DNA of 64,000 bases from Paludibacteraceae bacterium (GTDB lineage Bacteria > Bacteroidota > Bacteroidia > Bacteroidales > Paludibacteraceae). The stretch covers positions 22,655 through 86,654 of the forward strand of contig JAKSNK010000006.1 in assembly GCA_024399835.1 (NCBI GenBank). The letters run 5' to 3'. Shown here piece after piece: positions 1 through 9,689 of the stretch (the first letter of the stretch is position 1; each line of letters starts with the position of its first letter). A model generated the notes under the pieces. The model was given only the letters and a program-made list of their open reading frames with translations, ran no database searches and was not told the DNA's origin. The translations under genes and the position numbers were made by a program.

Positions 1-11
1 TAGCGGGCATT

Positions 12-536
12 CTATTTCAGATTTTCGGACTGATCTACCCACAGTAGGCGCGACGCATCATAGCCACGACGCTGTATCTCGCCCAGCAGCATTTCTTTCT
101 GCCCGTCCGTAATAGACGGAGTACGGCTCAAAATCCACAAATAATCATCTGAACCGCCACCCACTAAGGACAGATTGTAATCGTCCTGAATCCACAACAC
201 ACGATAATCGGAATAGAAAGGTCCAAAGAACGAAACACGCAACAATGCCGGAGTGTCGGTCAACTTGGCATGCCCCTCTGACATCTTATAGCGTTGCCCC
301 TTCCAACCCGAATTGACAACACGAACAGAGCCATCCGAATTGAGACTATAATATGCCATTGTGTTGGTCATATTCCTCTCAAACGAATGGTCAATACGCG
401 CAATCTCATACCATGCGCCCAAATACTGCTGTACATCCAATGCGGCAACCGGCTGAACATCTACCGTTCTACCGGGAGTACATGCCAACAACGGGAACAA
501 CGAACAAAACAGAAAAGAGAATAAAGGTCGTTTCAT
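12..536 (-). CDS. blc: outer-membrane lipoprotein, bacterial lipocalin (Blc family)
   Basis: 174-aa ORF; lipoprotein-type signal ending LLAC; lipocalin signature GAWYEIARID near N-terminus and YLWILSR near C-terminus. Confidence 0.85.
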   Translation of the reverse strand: MKRPLFSFLFCSLFPLLACTPGRTVDVQPVAALDVQQYLGAWYEIARIDHSFERNMTNTMAYYSLNSDGSVRVVNSGWKGQRYKMSEGHAKLTDTPALLRVSFFGPFYSDYRVLWIQDDYNLSLVGGGSDDYLWILSRTPSITDGQKEMLLGEIQRRGYDASRLLWVDQSENLK

Positions 537-671
537 AACAGTTAAGGTTTTAAAAAGTAAATAATTAGTTAACTCCGTTCCACCCCTGCAGTAGGTGAAC
601 TTAACTACGATACATCAAAAGTCGTGCCAAAACAAACAACCTGACACAAAAAAGCAGTCGGACAAAGGAAA

Positions 672-1052
672 TTATTCAGATTTGCATTCGGATATAAACC
701 AGACATACCCCAAAGCAAACCCCATTGCCACCCCTATTCCGTCTGCCACGAAATCCCACCAACTGCCCGAACGGTAGGAAAGGAAGTGCTGGGCAAACTC
801 CATTAACGCGCCCCATACCAAGGGAATAAAAATGCAGCATACATACCCCACAAAAGGATATCTCCCCTTCACCGCGCGCGAAGACTCAAAACTCATGGCA
901 AACGACAACAGCAGAAAGAGAAACGCATGGACATACTTATCCGCATTCGGAATACGCGAAGACATATCCCCTGAAGAGACAGGCAGCAACAGCAGCAGGG
1001 CTATCCCCACCCCCACAATCAACGATATCGGATAGGTTCGCAACAGTTTCAT
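672..1052 (-). CDS. VanZ-like family membrane protein
   Basis: 126-aa ORF, four hydrophobic segments, ADKYVHAFLF (DKxxH) motif typical of VanZ-like proteins. Confidence 0.7.
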   Translation of the reverse strand: MKLLRTYPISLIVGVGIALLLLLPVSSGDMSSRIPNADKYVHAFLFLLLSFAMSFESSRAVKGRYPFVGYVCCIFIPLVWGALMEFAQHFLSYRSGSWWDFVADGIGVAMGFALGYVWFISECKSE

Positions 1053-1056
1053 ACCA

Positions 1057-1088
1057 CAAAATTACAACAATATTCGCATATTTGCAAA
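1057..1088 (-). promoter_or_regulatory. sigma-A type promoter (-33 TTTG / -7 TAATTTTG) for the VanZ-like gene
   Basis: Plus strand shows CAAAATTA at 1057-1064 and CAAA at 1085-1088, spacer 20 nt. The -7 box is only 5 nt from the called start, so either the mRNA is leaderless or this is a chance match. Confidence 0.35.
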
Positions 1089-1093
1089 TAAAA

Positions 1094-1125
1094 TTTGTAT
1101 AATTAAATCTTTTTTCGTATTTTTG
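1094..1125 (+). promoter_or_regulatory. sigma-A type promoter for the lipoprotein gene at 1152
   Basis: TTTG 1094-1097, 20-nt spacer, TATTTTTG 1118-1125. Confidence 0.6.
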
Positions 1126-1151
1126 CAGTCGCTAACATAATCAATCGAACA

Positions 1152-1745
1152 ATGAAACACCCAATTACTCTATGTATGGTCGTTCTGACCGGTTGGCTGA
1201 TGAGTTCATGCAGCATCACACAAGCCGTCAAACTAAAAGATTGCCAATACTCCTATTCGCACATCTCCGATATTACATTTATGGACATGGTCGGCAAGGA
1301 GCGCCGTTCGATTGCAGGCATCGCCCAAATGACCCGCGCCATAATGGGCAAGACGGACAAAGTCACCTTAGGTTGCACCATTCACCTAAAAGTCAACAAC
1401 CCCAACAAGCAGACCGCGTCCATGGACCGGCTCTTCTATACCGTGGCATTAGACTCCATCATGATAGCGGAAGGATGCAACACAGAGGCATTCATCGTTG
1501 CCGGCGAGAGTAGCGCAGATATGCCCCTTAAACTGAGCGTGGACATAAAAACCCTGCTCAGCAACCATTCACGCAGCACGGTAATCAATATGCTGAAGAA
1601 CTTCCTCAATATGAGCGACACACCCAGTATAGTGACCGTCAATCTCAAGCCGGTCATTCGTGTAGCCGGCGTATCAATGGCTATTCCCAAGAGTATTCCT
1701 CTCACATTCGAGTACGGCGGCAAGCGCAATAAAGCGCAGCAATAG
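1152..1745 (+). CDS. lipoprotein of unknown function (weak LEA_2/WHy-like resemblance)
   Basis: 197-aa ORF; lipobox LMSSC; promoter 1094-1125 directly upstream; family assignment is weak and from memory. Confidence 0.55.
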   Translation: MKHPITLCMVVLTGWLMSSCSITQAVKLKDCQYSYSHISDITFMDMVGKERRSIAGIAQMTRAIMGKTDKVTLGCTIHLKVNNPNKQTASMDRLFYTVALDSIMIAEGCNTEAFIVAGESSADMPLKLSVDIKTLLSNHSRSTVINMLKNFLNMSDTPSIVTVNLKPVIRVAGVSMAIPKSIPLTFEYGGKRNKAQQ

Positions 1746-1753
1746 CAACTACC

Positions 1754-2059
1754 TTATATCGTATAGTCCAGGCAGACCCGCTGGACGGTAAACGGACGAA
1801 CCTTGCCATTAGCCACCGCTACATGAGCAGGGTGAACGGCATACGCGCGCAACGCTTCCTCAGATTCCAATGTGCAATCCAACATCAAGTCGCAATTGGA
1901 AGTATCAATGCGCCCGTCTATCTGCACATGCACATCCAACAATCCGGGGACGACCCCTTTCAGTCCTTCCAAACCTTGTTTGATTTCAGACATAATGACT
2001 TGACGCTCTGCTGCCGCTATTTCGGGATTCAGTGTCCAAAGAATAATGTGTTTAACCAT
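1754..2059 (-). CDS. Dabb (stress-responsive A/B barrel) domain protein
   Basis: ORF 1754-2104 trimmed to the internal ATG at 2059 (MVKHIILWTL...), which matches the usual Dabb N-terminus; HPAHVAV motif near C-terminus. Confidence 0.8.
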   Translation of the reverse strand: MVKHIILWTLNPEIAAAERQVIMSEIKQGLEGLKGVVPGLLDVHVQIDGRIDTSNCDLMLDCTLESEEALRAYAVHPAHVAVANGKVRPFTVQRVCLDYTI

Positions 2060-2160
2060 AAGAGTAAAATAATAAATAATAGATAATAAATAATAAGCCC
2101 GCACTAACGCTGAGGGGTTGGAGAGAGAGTTGGGTGTACGAACAGTGTTTAGATTAGAGT

Positions 2161-3444
2161 TTAGAAATTATATATCAGTAGCGTGGCACCGATGGCAGTA
2201 GCCAAATGGCACGCTTTCATAGGCAATCCTACGCGCGCATAGTCGGTAAAGCGGTAACCGCCGTCGGTATAGACAATCAGATTAGGCGGCGTGGCAATCG
2301 GCGTGGAGAAACTGGAACTGACACTCATCATCAGCACAATCATCAGCGGTAGCGGATCAACACCTAACTGCTGCGCCGCCTGCCATGCTACAGGAAAGAA
2401 CATGGCACCGCACGCCGTATCGGAAATAACCTCCGTCAACAGACTGCTGACCACACACAAAATCACCATGACCCACACCGGATCAGATTGGCAGACAAGT
2501 AACAATCCGTTCACCAACTGTCCGGCAATACCCGTCACCTCTATCGCCATTCCCAGCCCCACCGAGCCGGCAAAGACAATCAAGATTCGCCAATCGACTT
2601 CTTCAAACGCCTGCCGAGCGGTACAACAGCGCGTAAACATCATCAGCAGTCCTGCCAGCAAAGCACAACTTGCCAACGGAAAGCCGGGAATACTGCACGC
2701 CGAGGCAACCAGCATAGCCACCATTATACCCAAACTCAAATAAGTACGCCAAGACTGGGCAGACGAACTGACGGCATTACCGTTCTCGTCGCGAAGAGTA
2801 TCGTCCGTATTCGTCATATTGCTCACACGCTCCGGCAACAAACGCCGCAGCAGAATCACCACCAAGATATCCACCACTACGCAACAGATAGCCACAGGAA
2901 AGGGTGCAAACAAATTGAGTACGACACCCGACTTGGCAGCATACATCGACGAGATAATCAGGTTGGGAGGCGTGCCTATCAGAGTAAACAAGCCACCTAT
3001 CGTAGCAGCATACGCCAGCGGAATCAGCAATTTAGAGGGTAAGATATGCAATTTGTCCGCCCATCGCTGCACTACCCCCTTGAACAAGGCAGTAGTCGTA
3101 GTGTTACTCATGACTGACGACAACAGACTGACAGGAATCATCAGACGAAGAAGCGCCACGACATAATTACGCGGTACACCCATCAAATGGCGCACCATCC
3201 AATCTAATGCACCCGAATACTTTAGTCCCGCTATCACGATATACAGCACTCCGACCAACAAAACACTCTCGCTGGCAAAACCTGCAAATGCCTGCGAAAA
3301 GGATATGCCCGGAAGCATAGCCAATGCAGCCATGATAACGAAGAATACCAATGCAGGCTGAAGGTCGGTAAATATCAGCACGGCAAAGGCAGCCAGCGCC
3401 AATACAATGACCAACCAGGCAGATAAACTTAAACCCAACAACAT
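2161..3444 (-). CDS. SLC13/DASS-type anion permease (ArsB/NhaD permease superfamily)
   Basis: 427-aa polytopic ORF with two re-entrant-hairpin motifs GTPPNLI and ATPPNLI in the two halves. Confidence 0.8.
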   Translation of the reverse strand: MLLGLSLSAWLVIVLALAAFAVLIFTDLQPALVFFVIMAALAMLPGISFSQAFAGFASESVLLVGVLYIVIAGLKYSGALDWMVRHLMGVPRNYVVALLRLMIPVSLLSSVMSNTTTTALFKGVVQRWADKLHILPSKLLIPLAYAATIGGLFTLIGTPPNLIISSMYAAKSGVVLNLFAPFPVAICCVVVDILVVILLRRLLPERVSNMTNTDDTLRDENGNAVSSSAQSWRTYLSLGIMVAMLVASACSIPGFPLASCALLAGLLMMFTRCCTARQAFEEVDWRILIVFAGSVGLGMAIEVTGIAGQLVNGLLLVCQSDPVWVMVILCVVSSLLTEVISDTACGAMFFPVAWQAAQQLGVDPLPLMIVLMMSVSSSFSTPIATPPNLIVYTDGGYRFTDYARVGLPMKACHLATAIGATLLIYNF

Positions 3445-3448
3445 CGCC

Positions 3449-4135
3449 TTATTTCAAATAATAGTCAACAGTCGTAACAACGCGCACGGCTTTCATCCAA
3501 GGTTGATTGCTGTCGGACTCGACGGAGAACTGACCCTGGCTGGCGCTGCGAATAGAACCCAACGAGCATTGTGCATCGTCCGCAAACTTCTGTGCCACGG
3601 CACGCGCATTCTTGGTTGCCTCTTCCACCATTTCGGGTTTGAGTTCGCTCAAGCCGTTGAACTGATAGTCGGTGTCCCAACTATTCGAATTGAGAATAAC
3701 ATCTTGCGACAGCAATTCCACCTGGCAACCTTGATTCTGAACCACCTTATCAACATCTTCAGTGGCAATAATCAGCGAACGGGAAATCGTATAGCGGTTC
3801 GCGGGACGATGTTCATAGTAACCGTTCCAATTGTCGTTGATGTCAATATTTCCCAACGACAAGTCCGACTCTTTGAAGCCCTTGGCGAGGAAGAAAGTCC
3901 GTACTTTATTCTCCACGCCGGACAACTCTTCGGACAAAGCGACCAAGTCGTTTCCGCTAACCGAGAACCGGAACGACGACACCACATAGTCCGCTTTGAC
4001 GGTACGGGTGGAGAGCCCCTTGACGGCTACGGCACGGTCACGGTTGGAGAACTGGTGAATACCCATGTAAATAAACAACCCCGAGAGGGCAATGCCCAGC
4101 GCAATCACTAAGGCAGGAAACAGTTTGTCTTTCAT
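3449..4135 (-). CDS. SIMPL (DUF541) domain protein
   Basis: 228-aa ORF, N-terminal anchor helix, overall SIMPL-like pattern; 4-nt gap to downstream permease gene. Confidence 0.8.
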   Translation of the reverse strand: MKDKLFPALVIALGIALSGLFIYMGIHQFSNRDRAVAVKGLSTRTVKADYVVSSFRFSVSGNDLVALSEELSGVENKVRTFFLAKGFKESDLSLGNIDINDNWNGYYEHRPANRYTISRSLIIATEDVDKVVQNQGCQVELLSQDVILNSNSWDTDYQFNGLSELKPEMVEEATKNARAVAQKFADDAQCSLGSIRSASQGQFSVESDSNQPWMKAVRVVTTVDYYLK

Positions 4136-4186
4136 AATCTTTGTTTGTTAAAATGTTAATAATGTTGTTTTAGAATGTAATACTAT

Positions 4187-5362
4187 TTAGCGTAATTTAT
4201 ATTTCTCGAAATGTGCGCGTGCATAGGCAAAGTAGAACACCAACCCCAGTGCATAGAAACCTACCCCTGTCCAGAACGCCGCATAATAGCCGCAATGCTC
4301 CGACACCACTCCGCCTATCAGCATTCCGACACCCATGCCCAAATCCCAACTGGTCAATATCGTCGAATTAGCCGTACCGCGCTGATTATGTTCGGCTAAA
4401 TTGATAAACATCGTTTGAAAAGCAGGCCACATGTGCCCGTTGCCCAAACCGATAACGAACGGCGCAACATAATACCCTATCGGATGGTGTACTGCGGCAA
4501 ACAGAATAAAACCACATATACTCACAATAATTCCCCAAGTGGCATTGCGGACAATCTTTCCTTTGCGCAACGAGCGGCTACCCGTCAACCGCGACACAAT
4601 AAGACCTATCGCAAACAGAGCAAAGAAAACTCCCGTACCTGTAGTGATACCCAAACGCTCCCTGCCATAAATAGCCACATAAGTAGAAAGGATACTATAG
4701 CAAAATGCCATTGAGAACATCACAAGGAACAACGCCCAGCCACGCAACAACAAGAACCTGTCCAACGACAATGTCTGTTGTCCACGGACTATCTCACGCG
4801 GACGGAGGTGCAAAGTCGAATCAACGATTACTCCCGCCAGCGAGCAAACCAACGACAAGGCAAACAACATCTCGTAACTCTCGTAGCGCGAGAACAGCAG
4901 CAAGCCGATACCGGGCGCTATTGCCGTAGCGATATTATTGCTCAGTCCGTAATACCCAATCCCTTCTGCCCTTCTCGACGAAGGCAATGTATCAATCATT
5001 ACGGTAGATAAACTTACGCCACAAGCACCAAAGGGAGCACCGTGCAACATGCGAAAAATGGCAAACATGGTCAGACTGCCTGCTATAAGGTATCCGCCAA
5101 AGAAGATACAAGTCAAGAAATAGGTTATCAACAACACGGTTTTGCGCTGCCAACTATCCACGACATACCCGCTAAAAGGACGAATGAGCAACGCCGACAA
5201 CGCATAGCCAGCCAATACCAACCCTATCATGTCCTTGTCCGCTCCAAACGAGTCCTTCAAATAGAGCGGCAACAAAGGGGTCATCAGCATAAAAGCGAAG
5301 AAAAGCAGGAAATTGCTTATCCACACCTTGATATATTCACTATTCCACAATTTATCTTCCAT
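4187..5362 (-). CDS. MFS transporter
   Basis: 391-aa ORF, 12 hydrophobic segments, MFS loop 2-3 motif region (GYVVDSWQRK). Confidence 0.85.
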   Translation of the reverse strand: MEDKLWNSEYIKVWISNFLLFFAFMLMTPLLPLYLKDSFGADKDMIGLVLAGYALSALLIRPFSGYVVDSWQRKTVLLITYFLTCIFFGGYLIAGSLTMFAIFRMLHGAPFGACGVSLSTVMIDTLPSSRRAEGIGYYGLSNNIATAIAPGIGLLLFSRYESYEMLFALSLVCSLAGVIVDSTLHLRPREIVRGQQTLSLDRFLLLRGWALFLVMFSMAFCYSILSTYVAIYGRERLGITTGTGVFFALFAIGLIVSRLTGSRSLRKGKIVRNATWGIIVSICGFILFAAVHHPIGYYVAPFVIGLGNGHMWPAFQTMFINLAEHNQRGTANSTILTSWDLGMGVGMLIGGVVSEHCGYYAAFWTGVGFYALGLVFYFAYARAHFEKYKLR

Positions 5363-5363
5363 A

Positions 5364-6398
5364 TTAACTAATTATTCCTCCCCCCACCAATATGTTATTC
5401 TGATAGAAGACACAACTTTGCCCGGGTGTAACAGCCCATACGGGCTCGTCAAAGTATAACTCACAGCAGTTTCGACCGTCGGTCGACCGTCGGTCGACCG
5501 TCGGCAAAGACCCACATAACACCCTTGCCAACTGCGGAACAGAACGGTAACGGATTTGCGCCATTACCGGTTGCGAAATATCGCCATGAAAGATGACATC
5601 ATGCAATTGAACCGCTTTTGTATAGAGTTCGTCGTGCGTTCCCAAAGTCACCTCATTACGCTCAGCGTCTATACGCGTCACAAAAGCCGGTTCGCCAATT
5701 GCTACCCCCAAGCCCTTGCGCTGACCTATCGTATAATTGGCATACCCGTTATGGCAGAAACGGGCGCGTGTGTTGCGAAGCGCTTCCAGTTGCGGAGACA
5801 AAATGTATTCGCCCTTGTTTGTCGGCAAATCAAGAAAAGAACGGTAATCGTCGCGTATGAAACATATATCCTGACTTTCTCCCGACTGCGCCAATGCGGT
5901 CAGTCCCTTGCCGGCAAGGTATTCCCTAACTTCCTTTTTGGTCATATCACCCAGCGGAAAGACTACCCGGCTGAGTTGGTCAGGCGAGAGTTGCCACAGG
6001 AAATAAGTCTGGTCTTTCTTTTCGTCCGCCGCGCGGCATAGTTGACCGTCGCGGATACGCGCATAGTGCCCCGTGGCGATATAGTCACAATGCAGGCGGT
6101 TTGCCTCCTCCATCAGAGCACCGAACTTAATGGTACGGTTGCACAACACGCAGGGATTAGGGGTGCGACCTGCCAAATACTCCTCTCGAAAGTACCGGAT
6201 AACCGTTTCCTCAAAGCGGTCGCTGTAGTCCACTATATGGTGTGCAATGCCCAACTGTGCCGCCAAACCGATTGCCGATTGCAGCATGGCATCCGATGTA
6301 TAGCGTGTCCGGAAAGTGCAACCGATGAGGTTATACCCCTGCTCCCTAAGCAACAAGGCAGCAGCCGTGGAATCGACTCCGCCGGACATTGCCAACAA
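5364..6398 (-). CDS. mnmA: tRNA 2-thiouridine(34) synthase MnmA
   Basis: PP-loop AMSGGVDS at N-terminus, TGHYAR, C-terminal TPGQ..VFY...GGGII motifs; TTG start only two codons before the PP-loop, so the exact start is uncertain. Confidence 0.9.
   Translation of the reverse strand: MLAMSGGVDSTAAALLLREQGYNLIGCTFRTRYTSDAMLQSAIGLAAQLGIAHHIVDYSDRFEETVIRYFREEYLAGRTPNPCVLCNRTIKFGALMEEANRLHCDYIATGHYARIRDGQLCRAADEKKDQTYFLWQLSPDQLSRVVFPLGDMTKKEVREYLAGKGLTALAQSGESQDICFIRDDYRSFLDLPTNKGEYILSPQLEALRNTRARFCHNGYANYTIGQRKGLGVAIGEPAFVTRIDAERNEVTLGTHDELYTKAVQLHDVIFHGDISQPVMAQIRYRSVPQLARVLCGSLPTVDRRSTDGRNCCELYFDEPVWAVTPGQSCVFYQNNILVGGGIIS
5472..5504. repeat. 3 x 11-bp perfect tandem repeat TCGACCGTCGG inside mnmA
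   Basis: Read directly; the unit contains the palindrome GACCGTCGGTC; encodes PTVDRRSTDGR on the minus strand. Confidence 0.95.
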
Positions 6399-6427
6399 TA
6401 TGGACGATTGCGAGTTAATAGCGGTAA

Positions 6428-7336
6428 TTATTTAGACCATTCCAACATTTTCTGTATCGGCAGCAGCGCCTGCTTTGCCAATTCCGCTTCGACCGATACA
6501 ACAGGTGATTCGGTTTGCAGGCAACGGAGCAACTTGTCCAATGTGTGCATACGCATGTATTCGCACGCGTTCTCGGTATTTATCAGCCGTACACCGGGGC
6601 ATGCCCGGCATATCTCATAATCCACCCCGTCGGCGGTCATCACTATGTATGCCTTTTCGGGATGTGCCTTGACATAATTGATCAAAACAGCCGTAGAACC
6701 CACGACATCGCTGTTGTCAACAATCTCTTTGCGGCATTCAGGGTGGGACAGCACCAACGCCTCAGGGTTTTCCGCCTTCAATTTCAGCAGGTGCTCCAAC
6801 GAGAAGCGGTCGTGCACATGACAGCAACCGTTCCACAAGTCCATTTGCCGCCCCGTCTGCTCATTGATATAACGACCCAAGTTTCTATCGGGTCCGAACA
6901 GGACAGGTGCATCCTGGGGCAGACGATTGACTATCTTGAGGGCATTGCCACTGGTAACAACGATGTCGGACAGCGCTTTGACCGCAGCCGATGTATTGAC
7001 ATAACTGACAACCAAATGCCCGGGGTGTGCCTCTTTCCATGCGCGCAAATCAGCCGCTTGGCACGAGTCCGCCAAAGAACAGCCGGCAGCGACATCGGGG
7101 ATGAGCACTTTCTTGTCAGGACACAAGATAGCAGCCGTTTCTGCCATAAAGTGTACCCCGCACATTACAATAATATCGGCATCGGTCCGCTGCGCCTGTT
7201 GCGCCAACGCCAAACTGTCTCCTATAAAGTCCGCCACCTGCTGGATGTCAGGACTTTGGTAATAATGCGCCATAATGACGGCATTCTTCTGCCGGCAGAG
7301 GTCACGAATCTGTTGCTTAATGTCTTTGTCTTGCAT
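6428..7336 (-). CDS. nadA: quinolinate synthase NadA
   Basis: 302-aa ORF; AHYYQ..DIQ..ADFIGDSL N-terminal signature, HPEC and VH.M motifs. Confidence 0.92.
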   Translation of the reverse strand: MQDKDIKQQIRDLCRQKNAVIMAHYYQSPDIQQVADFIGDSLALAQQAQRTDADIIVMCGVHFMAETAAILCPDKKVLIPDVAAGCSLADSCQAADLRAWKEAHPGHLVVSYVNTSAAVKALSDIVVTSGNALKIVNRLPQDAPVLFGPDRNLGRYINEQTGRQMDLWNGCCHVHDRFSLEHLLKLKAENPEALVLSHPECRKEIVDNSDVVGSTAVLINYVKAHPEKAYIVMTADGVDYEICRACPGVRLINTENACEYMRMHTLDKLLRCLQTESPVVSVEAELAKQALLPIQKMLEWSK

Positions 7337-9689
7337 TGCCTAATAAGTCGTAATAACGACCGTTTTTGAGGATGTAAACACTATGTTGATGAAGTATTTT
7401 TTCGACCGATGCGGTACGCTCAACCACGGGAAGAGCCGACGGCTCCTGCCCTGTCTGCTCGACCAGCACATCGTCGATAAATGCCGTATAATCCCCGTCG
7501 CCGCGCACGCAGACGCCAATCGCCGTAACCGTCTGACCGATGCACGAAGCAGGCAGAACCAAAGCGGTCGGCTGCCATGTAGCAGAAGACACAGCCGGAG
7601 AGTAATACCATGTATTCCCGACCAATGCCGCCAACTGCACGCTATTCGTGACAGGAGAGACCTGAACATACGCCGATAACGAGAGTGCCGAGGATATTTC
7701 TATTTTGGTCTGAGAGAACTGCATCAGATAATCATTGCCGTGAAGCGTGCCGGTTACCTGCAAACTGTACTCTCCCGAACGATGAACCGTGTTATTCAAG
7801 GCATACGAGGCATTGCCGCGGATTGTTTGGTCGCCGTACAAGCAAGGATCTACGGGGAAGACACCCTCGCTCTGATACTGCCCGTTCACCATATTGTACC
7901 GAGTCCGTTTTTGCTCAAAACTATTGCGGTAATAGACAGGTCCCAACGAATAGGGAACAGGCACATCCGTGGTGAGCGTTTGCTGCCCTTTGAGTACGCG
8001 CGTAGCGGCACCTGCCAAACGCAAATAGAAATCCGACGAACACCAAATACCGTCCGCCGACATAGTCAGGAAATACGAATCGGTAGGTATCATTGTCCAA
8101 TCCTCAGCCGCCTTGAGAATAGCCGTTCCTTCGTCATATTCGTCAAACATGGCAAAGTACATATTGGTGCAACCGGCATTCTTGATTTCCTGCACCTGTT
8201 TCCACATAAATTTTCCCGCCAATCGGGGTGCCTGGTTGATAGAGCCGCTATTCCATGTTGCCCACCCGAAGCCGGCAAACAATACCGGCATATAATCCAC
8301 CTGATGCTGCCTGCAATAAGTGACATCGGCATTCATCAATCCTATAAAGTACTGATATTCGCTTTCGTTGCTGAAGCGCCCCACATACCACGGGGAAAGC
8401 ATATCGCACGATGTATAGACATCGGTATATCCGTCCGAAGCGGGACGAGCGTCGTTGCGGTTTTCCCGCCAATAAGTAGGCACACCGCCTATCACATAGC
8501 ACCCGCGGCTATGCAGGAAGTCAATCAGCGACTGTGTGCGGGCAGCATCGCCAGGACGGTCGGTAAAACCTATTCCCCATATTTCCACCACAGGTTGCCC
8601 GTTAACCGTTGCATAAGAGGGAGACTGAGTCAACGCATTATTCTGCTCGATATTGTACACCCAATCGAACTTAATCAGATCTGCCCAAGTGGTTTCCAAA
8701 CCGTTGGAAGAGATGTCGTAGCAAATATAGAACAGCCGACTGTTTTCCTCCGCCGAGTGCTGAATCTTCTTCAAGTGGCATTGAGCGGTTTGCACTACCG
8801 ATTTCATTTCGCTGCCGATAAAACGCTGTACGGCGACGCCGTCAATGCCATTTTGTGCCATCATGGCAAAGTGGGAAGCAATAACGGCACTATCCTCAGA
8901 ACGGTACAGCACAGACGATTCGCCATTGCCCAATGCCGAGAAACCCGTTTGTGCAAGAGCAGAGAACGGATAGTCGCGCACATCAGGATAAATCTCAAAG
9001 GTATGATTGTATTGGCGCGGCCAACGAGTTTGGTCAGGAGCAATATAATCGTTACCCCAATGGTGCCAAAAATCCGTTTGTCCGCCCACCTTGAACCAAC
9101 ATTGATAGCCGGCGACAGATTTCCCTATAAACTCCGTTCCCGAATGGTGCGTTATAGCCGGCTCGGACAACGGATCCATCGTTCCTTCATAAATCTCAAC
9201 ACGGGCGATATAGTTATTGTCGTTGATACGAAAATCGGCACTTTGGTTTTGGGCACGGCGGAACGAAGCATCGTTCACAGCCATTGTGACGGTCATCCAC
9301 TCGCGTGTACCGGTTTTCTGTATCTTGGCATCTACATAATTCTGCCCGTTCGTGCCATTGTACTGGAGTTTCATTTCGCCATTGCCTTCGTTCCAATAAG
9401 TTACCTTGAAAATCAACTGATGTACGGACGACGGCACTACGCTTCGGTCCACCATAAAATACCCATATTTGCCGGTGGGGATACAAATACAGCCACGATT
9501 GTCTTTTGTCGCAAAATAGGTATATGGTTCGTCGTTCGGGTCATTCTTCATAAAGTGACTCATATTGAGATTCTGCTGGGCGCTATTGGCAAATTCCACC
9601 CACGCTTTCAGTTCTGCGGCTTTTGCCACACAGACGACAAACAGCGTTGTCAATATCAAACAAACGGTTTTCTTCATCGTTGTAACCAA
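7317..9689 (-). CDS. secreted glycoside-hydrolase-like protein (TIM-barrel region with FDEYDEGT motif) flanked by beta-sandwich-like domains
   Basis: 790-aa ORF with signal peptide. The central motif AMFDEYDEGTAI resembles the xFNEWxEGT region of GH99/WbsX-like hydrolases (from memory, not searched). The C-terminal tail VYILKNGRYYDLLGNA weakly resembles short Bacteroidales T9SS-type C-terminal tails. Confidence 0.55.
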   Translation of the reverse strand: MVTTMKKTVCLILTTLFVVCVAKAAELKAWVEFANSAQQNLNMSHFMKNDPNDEPYTYFATKDNRGCICIPTGKYGYFMVDRSVVPSSVHQLIFKVTYWNEGNGEMKLQYNGTNGQNYVDAKIQKTGTREWMTVTMAVNDASFRRAQNQSADFRINDNNYIARVEIYEGTMDPLSEPAITHHSGTEFIGKSVAGYQCWFKVGGQTDFWHHWGNDYIAPDQTRWPRQYNHTFEIYPDVRDYPFSALAQTGFSALGNGESSVLYRSEDSAVIASHFAMMAQNGIDGVAVQRFIGSEMKSVVQTAQCHLKKIQHSAEENSRLFYICYDISSNGLETTWADLIKFDWVYNIEQNNALTQSPSYATVNGQPVVEIWGIGFTDRPGDAARTQSLIDFLHSRGCYVIGGVPTYWRENRNDARPASDGYTDVYTSCDMLSPWYVGRFSNESEYQYFIGLMNADVTYCRQHQVDYMPVLFAGFGWATWNSGSINQAPRLAGKFMWKQVQEIKNAGCTNMYFAMFDEYDEGTAILKAAEDWTMIPTDSYFLTMSADGIWCSSDFYLRLAGAATRVLKGQQTLTTDVPVPYSLGPVYYRNSFEQKRTRYNMVNGQYQSEGVFPVDPCLYGDQTIRGNASYALNNTVHRSGEYSLQVTGTLHGNDYLMQFSQTKIEISSALSLSAYVQVSPVTNSVQLAALVGNTWYYSPAVSSATWQPTALVLPASCIGQTVTAIGVCVRGDGDYTAFIDDVLVEQTGQEPSALPVVERTASVEKILHQHSVYILKNGRYYDLLGNARQRH

